From an uncultured Chitinophagaceae bacterium (lineage in GTDB: Bacteria > Bacteroidota > Bacteroidia > Chitinophagales > CAIOSU01), in assembly GCA_964518215.1 (NCBI GenBank), contig CAZFFP010000007.1:1121-65120 (forward strand): DNA of 64,000 nucleotides, given 5' to 3'. The position numbers and the translations under genes were made by a program. A model generated the notes under the pieces. It was not told the origin of the DNA. It worked only from the letters and a program-made list of their open reading frames with translations, and searched no databases. Positions 18,262 to 26,647 of the stretch are shown here, piece by piece (position 1 is the stretch's first letter; every line of letters starts with the position of its first letter).

Positions 18262-19188
18262 ATGCCACACAGAAGAGTTCTCCATGACGATACGCTTGAA
18301 GCCCAATTTCAAAAAGACGGTTATGTGCGTGCGCCTTTCATAACGACCGAGGAGGTAGAGGCTCTAAAACAAAAGTTTTTTGATACCCTACCCCAAAGCG
18401 GTGGACAAATTACGGCTGATGAAACGGGCGTGGATGGCGGCAATCTGATTACCTACGACTTTACTTTTATTGATAAGAACCCCAACTACAAAAGGTTAGT
18501 GTTCGATATTATTACTGATTATTTCAAGCCGCATGTGGAGAGGCTTTTGGTAAACTATAAGCCAATTATTGCCAACTACATTCATAAGCGCCCTGAAGGA
18601 GGCGAAGTGCCCTTGCATCAAAATTGGGCTTTTGTAGATGAAAGGAAGTGCACTTCTGTTTCGATTTGGTGCCCGCTTGTGGACTCAACAGTTGACAATG
18701 GCACCCTTCAGGTAGTGCCCGGAAGTCACAAGCGTTTTGGTGAGTTTCGTGGCCCTATGGTCTCTTGGGAATTGGATAACATCAAGAAGGAATTAATCAA
18801 CAAATATCTTGTTCCGCTCGAAACCAAAGCCGGTGATTGTGTTATTTTAGATGACAGTATTATTCATTATTCTGCCATCAACAAAACTCCCGGGCTGCGC
18901 CTGACTATTCAGCTTATTTTAATTCCTTCTGAAGAGCCATCTATACACTATCACATGGATCCGCAACAACCCGAAATAATTCAGGTGCTTGAGGTCGACA
19001 AGGATTTTTACATGGAGTTCAACCCTTGGGCAAAACCAAAAAACGCGAAGCAGTTGCGCTCTTTCAGATTAAATCAACCGTTAATTAACGAGCAAGAATA
19101 TTTGCAAAGAATGAAATTGCCTAAGATTGATGAGCCACAGAAAAATTCACCGCGATTTTTTGAAAGATTAAAGGCGGTGTTTTCATAA
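18262..19188 (+). CDS. PhyH-family Fe(II)/2OG dioxygenase paralog, variant H-Q-N motif
   Basis: 308 aa. LHQNWAFVDE (CAT CAA AAT at 18616-18624), VVPGSH, IIHYSAIN. Same subfamily pattern as the other paralogs, but Asn replaces the facial-triad Asp. Confidence 0.8.
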   Translation: MPHRRVLHDDTLEAQFQKDGYVRAPFITTEEVEALKQKFFDTLPQSGGQITADETGVDGGNLITYDFTFIDKNPNYKRLVFDIITDYFKPHVERLLVNYKPIIANYIHKRPEGGEVPLHQNWAFVDERKCTSVSIWCPLVDSTVDNGTLQVVPGSHKRFGEFRGPMVSWELDNIKKELINKYLVPLETKAGDCVILDDSIIHYSAINKTPGLRLTIQLILIPSEEPSIHYHMDPQQPEIIQVLEVDKDFYMEFNPWAKPKNAKQLRSFRLNQPLINEQEYLQRMKLPKIDEPQKNSPRFFERLKAVFS

Positions 19189-19189
19189 A

Positions 19190-20023
19190 ATGGATATTGT
19201 CATCGAACCAAAACCGCTTAAAGTTATCACCCCCGATTCGCCCGGCATTGCCGAATATTGGCGAGAAATGGTGAAATATCGCTCTCTTATTGTTGTGTTT
19301 GCGCAACAGGAAATAAAAGCCATGTATGCACAAACATACTTTGGTTTATTATGGAGTGTTATTCGCCCATTGATTACTTTGGCAATTTTTTCTGTTATTT
19401 TCAATTACTTTCTAAAAGTACCCACCGAAAAACCTTATTACGTTTTTGCTTTTGCAGGAATGATTGCATGGAATTTTTTCTCTCTCATATCAAACAGTGC
19501 TTCAACTGCTATTCTTGCCAAGCAAAATCTTATTCGCAAAATGTATTTCCCAAAGCTTATTTTACCATTATCAAAAGTTTTGGTGGCAAGTGTAGATTTT
19601 GCCGTTTCATTAGTAATTATTTTTTCAATGATGGTGTATGAAGGGGGAATGTTTGGCATTCAAACATTATCGCTTCCATTTTTTGTTTTATTAAATGTGT
19701 TATGCGGGTTAGCCGTTGCTCTTTGGATGAATTCGCTCAACATCCGATTTCGCGATTTGCACCAAATTATTCCTGCTATTATCGGCATTGCCATTTGGGT
19801 AACTCCCGTTTTTTATCCCACAACTATTATTCCTGCGGGCTACGATTTTTTTGTTTATGCCAATCCGATGGCAGGAGTTATAAAAGGATTTCGCTTTGCA
19901 TTATTAGGGGAAGCTTTTCCTGAATGGCAATATTGGATTGCCATGGGAATAACTTCGCTGCTGGCAGTTGTTGGGGCATGGTATTTATCGCAAACCGAAG
20001 ATAAAATGGTGGATTATGCATAG
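19190..20023 (+). CDS. wzm: ABC-2 type polysaccharide/teichoic-acid-type export permease (Wzm/TagG-like)
   Basis: 277 aa, 6 predicted TM helices. The N-terminal YRSLIVVFAQQEIKAMYAQTYFGLLWSVIRPL is typical of ABC-2 permeases. Confidence 0.85.
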   Translation: MDIVIEPKPLKVITPDSPGIAEYWREMVKYRSLIVVFAQQEIKAMYAQTYFGLLWSVIRPLITLAIFSVIFNYFLKVPTEKPYYVFAFAGMIAWNFFSLISNSASTAILAKQNLIRKMYFPKLILPLSKVLVASVDFAVSLVIIFSMMVYEGGMFGIQTLSLPFFVLLNVLCGLAVALWMNSLNIRFRDLHQIIPAIIGIAIWVTPVFYPTTIIPAGYDFFVYANPMAGVIKGFRFALLGEAFPEWQYWIAMGITSLLAVVGAWYLSQTEDKMVDYA

Positions 20024-21953
20024 CCTCTACACCACATCTCGAATCTTTAGAAATGTCGGATTACAAAAACAATTTGAGCTGTACGGTTATGTTGTTGTGC
20101 CATTTCTAAGTGAAGGCGAAGTGAAAGCCCTGCGCGATTTTTTCTTTGAAAAACATCCGAACATTCCCGATGGTTTTTACAGCAGCAGTTTTAATACCGA
20201 TGACGCGCACAAGAAAAGTGTGAACCAAAAAATTGAAAGTGTGTTGAGCGGAAGGGTAGAGGAACATTTCAATTCAATTAAAAAACTCGGCAGTTGTTTT
20301 TTGAACAAGCAGCCGGGAGCGCAAAGCGAAATGCCCATTCATCAGGATTGGACGGTAGTTGATGAGCCAAACTTCGACAGCATAACTATATGGATTCCCT
20401 TGCAAGATGTAAACAAAACCAATGGAGCGATTCAGGTGATAGATGGCAGCCATCGCCTCACTAAAGCATTACGATCGCCTTCTTTGGAAGACCCTTTTAA
20501 AAATGTGCAAAGCGAAATGCGCAAAGATTTAAAGTTGTTGCCCATGAAAGCGGGAGAGGCATTTATTTTTTCACAGGCATTACTTCATGCTTCGCCACCA
20601 AATTTGAGCAACGAGCCACGCATTGCTGTTACTTATGGTTTAATAGATGCCCAGGCACAACTGATGTTTTATCATCATGAAGCAGGTAAGGTGGAGCAAT
20701 ACTTTGTGGACGAAAGTTTCTTTCAGCAATACAACACACAAATAGGGCAGCGACCAAATTTTGGTAGCGTGCAAAAAACTTTCGATTATCAACAGCACTT
20801 TGTTTCAGCTCTTGAATACCAAAAGATGAAGCAAAATTTTCAGCATATTAAAGCAGCGCAGATGTATAAAATGATTCCAATTTTTAAGGACGATAGCAAA
20901 CAGCAATTTTTTGAGAAAGAAGGCTATGCGGTTTTCCCTTTATTGAATGAAAGTGAGGTGGCTGATTTGAAGGCCTACTACGAAAACCTGAATCTGAAAG
21001 ATGAAAAGGGTTTTGGCTTTCATGTAAGTATGGACAACAGCGATAAAGATTTGTGTCGCAAAGTCAGAGAAAAAGTTTGGGGCGTTGCTTTGCCAAGATT
21101 AGGTGAGCACCTGAAAGATTTCAAGCCGTTTGTTTCGAGTTATGTGGTTAAAGAAATAAACCCTAAAGGAGTGGTGCCTGCACATCAGGATTGGAGTTTT
21201 GTAGATAGAGAAGAAGATGGTTATTCCTCGATTACTTGCTGGATTGCACTGGTGGATACCAATATGGATAATGGAGGTATGGGTGTGATTCGCGGCAGCC
21301 ATAAGTTTATGCAAAACCATCGACCATCGCCATCGCCACAATGCCCCGTGCCTTTGAGCGAACACATGTTCAGCATCTTTCCTTATCTGCACACAGTGGA
21401 TGTAAAAGCAGGCGAGGTGCTGATGTTTGACAACCGAACCTTCCATGCTTCGCCACCAAACACCTCTAATTTTTTACGATTAGCTGCAGGAGTTGGTGTA
21501 ACACAAAAAGATGCGCAGTTGGTGCACTATTATTTAAAGCCCGATGGTACTTTTAAAACTATGTTGCGCTATAATGTAGATGAAGATTTTTACCTGAAAT
21601 ATGAAAATGCAACTTTATCAAAAATGTACGATGAAGGCAAAGTGATTGAAGGCTATGGCGAGCCGGTGGAAGTGCCTTATGAATACAATAAGTACACAAC
21701 AGATGAGTTGGTAGAAATTATCAAAGCAGCGGGTAATGAATACAATATTCCCATGACAGAAAAATTGGCGAAGTTGTTTGGTTACTTAAATGCGGAGCAA
21801 AAGAAAGAGGAAGCAAAAGAAGGAGTATTTGAAACGCCACAACCAATAGAAGTGCAGGAAGAATGGAAGTGGGTGGACGATAGACCCTTTTTTGCAAAAT
21901 ACACTCCTTTAAATATTGCACGAGAAATTAAAAAGCGATTAGTGGGCGCATAA
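20016..21953 (+). CDS. tandem di-domain PhyH-family Fe(II)/2OG dioxygenase
   Basis: I use the ATG at 20016 (MHSLYTTS), an 8-nt overlap with wzm. N-domain: PIHQDWTVVDE, VIDGSH, LLHASPPN. C-domain: PAHQDWSFVDRE, VIRGSH, TFHASPPN. Confidence 0.85.
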   Translation: MHSLYTTSRIFRNVGLQKQFELYGYVVVPFLSEGEVKALRDFFFEKHPNIPDGFYSSSFNTDDAHKKSVNQKIESVLSGRVEEHFNSIKKLGSCFLNKQPGAQSEMPIHQDWTVVDEPNFDSITIWIPLQDVNKTNGAIQVIDGSHRLTKALRSPSLEDPFKNVQSEMRKDLKLLPMKAGEAFIFSQALLHASPPNLSNEPRIAVTYGLIDAQAQLMFYHHEAGKVEQYFVDESFFQQYNTQIGQRPNFGSVQKTFDYQQHFVSALEYQKMKQNFQHIKAAQMYKMIPIFKDDSKQQFFEKEGYAVFPLLNESEVADLKAYYENLNLKDEKGFGFHVSMDNSDKDLCRKVREKVWGVALPRLGEHLKDFKPFVSSYVVKEINPKGVVPAHQDWSFVDREEDGYSSITCWIALVDTNMDNGGMGVIRGSHKFMQNHRPSPSPQCPVPLSEHMFSIFPYLHTVDVKAGEVLMFDNRTFHASPPNTSNFLRLAAGVGVTQKDAQLVHYYLKPDGTFKTMLRYNVDEDFYLKYENATLSKMYDEGKVIEGYGEPVEVPYEYNKYTTDELVEIIKAAGNEYNIPMTEKLAKLFGYLNAEQKKEEAKEGVFETPQPIEVQEEWKWVDDRPFFAKYTPLNIAREIKKRLVGA

Positions 21954-21965
21954 ATCAAAAAAATC

Positions 21966-22934
21966 ATGTTCCAGTTTCCAGATAAAATGTTGCAGGTGTT
22001 TCGCGATGAAAAACACCAAAGTGATTTTGAGAAAAATGGCTTTGTGATTCTTCCTTTTTATACTCCTGAAGAAATCAAAGAATTGGAAGCCACCTATCAT
22101 CGCTTGCATCCGCAAGATGAAAAAGGATTTTTCCCCAGCACCTTTTCAAAAGATAAAAACTATCGTCATGAAGCCGATGAAGAAATTAAACGCATAGGCA
22201 ATCGTAGCATTGAAATGTATTGTCAGGACATTAAAGTGGTGTGCGGCTCATTTATTGTAAAAAGCCCCGGCCCTGAAAGCGGCATGTGTGTGCATCAGGA
22301 TATGAGCCTGATTGATGAAAGTCGCTTTACCGGCATCAACATTTGGGTGCCGTTGATAGACCTAACTATTGAAAATGGTGCATTGTTTGTATTGCCCGGC
22401 AGCCACAGAATTTTCCCTACGTATCGTGGCAGCAGCATCCCCGAATTTTTTGCACCGGTGATGAATGATATGATTGACTACCTGCAACCTGTTTTGATAA
22501 AAGCAGGCGAAGCAGTGTTTTTCGACCAAAGCATTATTCACTTTTCTCCCCCTAACTACTCTGATAAAATCAGGATTGTAACCAACACTTATTTTACACA
22601 CAAAACAACTGAATACAGAACTTACTATTGGAACAAAGAGCAACATGGGAGCAATAAATTAGAAGCCTTTGCCCAGGACGATGATTTCATGACCAACTTT
22701 GAGCAGTTTGGCGAGAACATTCGCGATAGACCAAAAGTAGGCAAGTCGCTTGGGCTGGTGGAATATGACTTTCCAACAATTAATAAGGCATTTTTAGATA
22801 GTCGCTTTCAGCGCACCAATGCCAGAAAGTTAATTGAAGATGCCAAGCCTGAATTGTTAAATGTTCAAGCTCCGGTTCAGGCCGAAATTAAAAGCAAAAG
22901 CATTTTTCAACGCTTAAAAGAATTGGTGAGTTAA
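21966..22934 (+). CDS. PhyH-family Fe(II)/2OG dioxygenase paralog
   Basis: 322 aa. CVHQDMSLIDE, VLPGSH, IIHFSPPN. Confidence 0.85.
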   Translation: MFQFPDKMLQVFRDEKHQSDFEKNGFVILPFYTPEEIKELEATYHRLHPQDEKGFFPSTFSKDKNYRHEADEEIKRIGNRSIEMYCQDIKVVCGSFIVKSPGPESGMCVHQDMSLIDESRFTGINIWVPLIDLTIENGALFVLPGSHRIFPTYRGSSIPEFFAPVMNDMIDYLQPVLIKAGEAVFFDQSIIHFSPPNYSDKIRIVTNTYFTHKTTEYRTYYWNKEQHGSNKLEAFAQDDDFMTNFEQFGENIRDRPKVGKSLGLVEYDFPTINKAFLDSRFQRTNARKLIEDAKPELLNVQAPVQAEIKSKSIFQRLKELVS

Positions 22935-23870
22935 ATGGGCAAGCGCATATTTAAAAGCGATGAGCACCAGCAACTGTTTGAGAAGCAAGGCTTCATTGTA
23001 CTGCCTTTTATTACTACAGATGAAGTGGCACAATTAGAAAAATTGTTTGATGAGTTGCATCCTCAAATTAATGAAGGGGGCTTTTTTAGTGGAAGCTACA
23101 GTAGTGATATTGAATACAAGAAAAAAGCTAGTGAAGAGATTGTCAAAGTTTTTAGTAGAGCTTACAATGAACTATTCATCAATTACACTCCCTTTGGTGC
23201 TGCGTTTCTTTACAAGGTGCCGGGTGTAAACAGCGAGCTTGCTGCGCACCAAGATTGGACGATAGTAGATGAACAGAAAAATGTTGCGCTCAACTGTTGG
23301 GTGCCGCTTTGTGATGTTGCAAAAGAGAACGGAGCATTGAGTATTTTGCCGGGTAGTCATTACAATAACCTGAATGTAGTTCGCGCACCCACGCTTCCGT
23401 TTTTTTTTAGTGGTGATGATGATATGGTATTGAAAGAATTGATACCCATGGAAGTAAATGCGGGAACGGCTGTGATTCTTAATCAAAGCGTGATTCATTA
23501 CTCACCGCCCAACAACAGCAACAAAATTCGCAAGGCAATTACGGCCGGACTGAAGAGCGAAGGCGCACAAATGTATTTTCACTACAAAGTTCCCGATAAA
23601 GATGAACTGGAAGTTTTTGAAATGGATGACGACTTTCTTATCAGTTTCAAAGACTTTATGAATGACATCGGAAAGCGACCCTATCTTGGTAAAAGCATTG
23701 GCTTAATTCCTTACAGGCTACCTCAACTGCACGGGACTGATTTGTACGAAAAGCTGAAAGAAATGAAAACTAAAGCAGGATTTGAGATGAGCAGGAATGA
23801 AAAAGTTGAAGTGGACCATAAGAGTGGCGGAAAACTTCGTAAATTGATTTCACGCCTGTTTGGCAATTGA
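22935..23870 (+). CDS. PhyH-family Fe(II)/2OG dioxygenase paralog
   Basis: 311 aa. AAHQDWTIVDE, ILPGSH, VIHYSPPN. The start abuts the previous stop. Confidence 0.85.
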   Translation: MGKRIFKSDEHQQLFEKQGFIVLPFITTDEVAQLEKLFDELHPQINEGGFFSGSYSSDIEYKKKASEEIVKVFSRAYNELFINYTPFGAAFLYKVPGVNSELAAHQDWTIVDEQKNVALNCWVPLCDVAKENGALSILPGSHYNNLNVVRAPTLPFFFSGDDDMVLKELIPMEVNAGTAVILNQSVIHYSPPNNSNKIRKAITAGLKSEGAQMYFHYKVPDKDELEVFEMDDDFLISFKDFMNDIGKRPYLGKSIGLIPYRLPQLHGTDLYEKLKEMKTKAGFEMSRNEKVEVDHKSGGKLRKLISRLFGN

Positions 23871-25514
23871 CTCTATTTCTTCATTAATTGCTATTCTTTC
23901 GGCTTCAAACTCTATAAAGCCTTGGTGAAAATCTGCACTCGAATCATAAATTTTTGTTGCAGCGCCCGCATTAATACCGGCTTTAAATAACAAAAATTTA
24001 TACACATGATAGATGTTGTGTAGAGCATATGCACTAAACTCCGGGTTCCTTTGCTTAAATCCGGTAATTACATCAGCCATAATTGACATTGGCCTGATGA
24101 GTATTTTTGGTATTTTTTCAACTTTTTCTAGGGTAAGGTTTTCCCTCCATTTTTCCGGAAGCGCAGGCAAAATTCTAAATATTACCTCATATGCTTTGTA
24201 TTTATTCATCAATTCTATGTCTTTCACATTTTCTGTATTCCTGAAAAAATAAAAGTCTTCTCCTTCATTGATTTTTCGTGCCTGTTCGGCTGTTATTACT
24301 CCTCTTTCTTCTGCATCTTTCATCATGTCTGTGCCGGGTAAATAACAAGTCCAGAATGTTTGAATTCTTTTAGGATGATGTGTTGCATAAAGTTTTCTTG
24401 CATTTTCCTGAGCTATTAATGGCTCATCAGGCAAGCCAAACATGTGGTCAACTTTTGCATGCATTCCATATTTATACATTAATTCTAAGGCTTCACTAAT
24501 GTCGTCAGATTTTTCATAACGCATTAAATTGTCTTTTTTGAAGCCCTCGTCCATGCTTTGCACGCCCATTTGAATCCACTCGCATCCGGATTCTTTCAGC
24601 CAACCGGCAACCTCATTACTCATGTATTTTGGATGGGTAAGAATATTGTATGGAATATTAATTTCCTTTTTATACTTATAGGCAAATTCTTGTAGCCATT
24701 TTTTGCTTGTAGCAAACACATCGTCCTGAAAATCAATTTTATGAATCTTATATCTTCTTTTTGCAATTTTCAATTCGGCAATAACATGATCTACACTTCT
24801 TAATCGGACATATTTTCCACTCTTTTCTTCGGGTAATTTTGCCACAAAATTGTTGAAGCAGAAGGTGCATCTGTATGGACAGCCCCTTGATGCCATGGTT
24901 AAATACAAATCGCCTAACCGCACATGCTCTTCCCAAATGGTTTTATCAAAAAAGGGCAAGGAATCTAAATCTTGTATGAAGCCCTTTTGAAGCCCTGTAA
25001 TTACTTTTCCTTCTTTGTTTTTAAATCTTGTATTGTATATAGGGTCTGTATATTTTCCTTCTCTAACCGTATTAATGATTTGTGGAAATGCTACATCGCC
25101 CTCGCCCACTACAACGAAATCTACCTCCGGACGAACGATTACTAAACTTGGAACAGCCGAAGGATGAACACCGCCAAAAACAGTTTTAATATTTGGATTT
25201 ATTTCTTTTGCCGCTCGTGCCACTTCAAGCATCCATTGATAAGTTGATGTTAATGCAGAGAATGCCAATATATCGGGCTGTTGGTCTTTGATAGCCTGAA
25301 TGACTTTATGTGTATCATCAAAATATGGAGCAATTGATGGAAATTCTAAATTAAAACGATCGTGGAAGAGAGATGCACTAAAAGCCATTCCAACACTATG
25401 TCCTTCCCGTTTTGCAATGGCACTTATTTGACTGATTCCGAGCTGTTCTGTTCCTAAACCTACAAATGTGATTTTCATTTCTCTGAAAGGGTTTATATCG
25501 TCTAAATTATACAC
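23850..25514 (-). CDS. B12-binding domain radical SAM enzyme (class B)
   Basis: 554 aa. N-terminal Rossmann-like B12-binding segment (KITFVGLGTEQLGISQISAIAKREGHSV...ILAFSALTS) and radical SAM cluster motif SRGCPYRCTFC. Confidence 0.85.
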   Translation of the reverse strand: MYNLDDINPFREMKITFVGLGTEQLGISQISAIAKREGHSVGMAFSASLFHDRFNLEFPSIAPYFDDTHKVIQAIKDQQPDILAFSALTSTYQWMLEVARAAKEINPNIKTVFGGVHPSAVPSLVIVRPEVDFVVVGEGDVAFPQIINTVREGKYTDPIYNTRFKNKEGKVITGLQKGFIQDLDSLPFFDKTIWEEHVRLGDLYLTMASRGCPYRCTFCFNNFVAKLPEEKSGKYVRLRSVDHVIAELKIAKRRYKIHKIDFQDDVFATSKKWLQEFAYKYKKEINIPYNILTHPKYMSNEVAGWLKESGCEWIQMGVQSMDEGFKKDNLMRYEKSDDISEALELMYKYGMHAKVDHMFGLPDEPLIAQENARKLYATHHPKRIQTFWTCYLPGTDMMKDAEERGVITAEQARKINEGEDFYFFRNTENVKDIELMNKYKAYEVIFRILPALPEKWRENLTLEKVEKIPKILIRPMSIMADVITGFKQRNPEFSAYALHNIYHVYKFLLFKAGINAGAATKIYDSSADFHQGFIEFEAERIAINEEIESIAKQA

Positions 25515-25730
25515 TTTTATTTTATAAAAGCTTTATTTTTCGATAAACAAGCGGCTTAAACATAATGTTTTGCATTTTTTTTAACGACTCTTCCTCTAAA
25601 AGAAACCGATGTCATTGCAAATGTCGAAGGCTTCTACGTATATTTAGCAAATGCTTTGATGCGTCACTTATAAAAATCTGTTGCCGCAAAAAGACATACA
25701 GGTCATCAACTAAAACATTAATCTTTTATT

Positions 25731-26633
25731 ATGAACAGCAGTTTACAAAATGTTCCGGACGCCACCATCAGTGACGAAAATTTTCTCCATTTCCCACATG
25801 TAAAAGTTGAAGAGTTGTCTGCTTACCCGGATGGTCTTAGCGACATACAAACCGGAAAAACCCATGGGTTTCTAATAAGGGGAGTTTTTAGCGCTGATGA
25901 AGCAGATAAGCTTGTTGAAGAGTTTTACAAAGTTGATGACGACAGATTTGAACACAATAAAAACGGAAGAAATATTCCTAAGCCCTTTGCCTCTGTATCG
26001 TTAAACAGTGAGCCGGGAGGAGAGATAGACCCCTATTTTGCTGCTGCGGGAGCCTTTTGGGACAATTTCCCGGAAAAATTTGGTATTGATTTCAGCGACA
26101 GGGTAAAAAAAGTCTTTGAAAAAATAAGCGGAGGCCGTCCGGTGGGCGTTCCGCAGGAACCAAACAAAAACATCAGTTTCAGTCCGGCTCAAATGCGAGA
26201 AATGTATGCAGGAAAAGGGGGCATTTATGTTCATTGCGGTAAATATTTTAGAGATAGGTTTTCCAGTTTTTATACTTATCTTAAAGACGTTTCCATTGTT
26301 GATGAGCAAATTAGCTACTTTGTTATGCTGCAACCGCCCGACAGTGGTGGTGAACTTACGGTTTACGATATTTTGTACAACAATGTGAAGCAAAAGAACG
26401 AAGAGTGGGACAACAAAATTGTAATTGCCGATGATGGAACCGCCATAGACTTGGAAGACCCGAAAGGCGTGAGAAGAAGAAAATTGCGTCCGGGCAAAGG
26501 AGATATGATTGTTTTTGATGGCGGCAATATCTGGCACAGAGTAGAAGATCCGGAAGGCTCTAAAAACAGAGTTACTGCCGGGGGCTTTATGACTTTCTCG
26601 CACGATAACAGCAAGGTGTATTTCTGGGGTTGA
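25731..26633 (+). CDS. WelO5-like Fe(II)/2OG enzyme with H-x-G motif (candidate aliphatic halogenase)
   Basis: 300 aa. IYVHCGKYF: His168-Cys169-Gly170, encoded by CAT TGC GGT at 26232-26240. Also ISYFVMLQPPDSGGELTVYD and PGKGDMIVFDGGNIWHRVEDPEGSKNRVTAGGFMTFSHDNSKVYFWG. From memory this follows the WelO5/AmbO5 layout (H164-x-G166, H259, C-terminal ...GGF-x-x-FS.....IYYWS). Confidence 0.6.
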   Translation: MNSSLQNVPDATISDENFLHFPHVKVEELSAYPDGLSDIQTGKTHGFLIRGVFSADEADKLVEEFYKVDDDRFEHNKNGRNIPKPFASVSLNSEPGGEIDPYFAAAGAFWDNFPEKFGIDFSDRVKKVFEKISGGRPVGVPQEPNKNISFSPAQMREMYAGKGGIYVHCGKYFRDRFSSFYTYLKDVSIVDEQISYFVMLQPPDSGGELTVYDILYNNVKQKNEEWDNKIVIADDGTAIDLEDPKGVRRRKLRPGKGDMIVFDGGNIWHRVEDPEGSKNRVTAGGFMTFSHDNSKVYFWG

Positions 26634-26647
26634 AAAACAGCTTATTA

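Noticed and set aside
25565-25774. 69-aa Cys/Arg/Lys-rich ORF in the divergent spacer, considered as a possible RiPP precursor for the radical SAM and oxygenase enzymes
   Set aside because: It overlaps the start of the WelO5-like gene out of frame. Its composition is that of AT-rich non-coding DNA read in frame, and it has no leader/core organisation that I can recognise. The ORF is worth only a quick conservation check.
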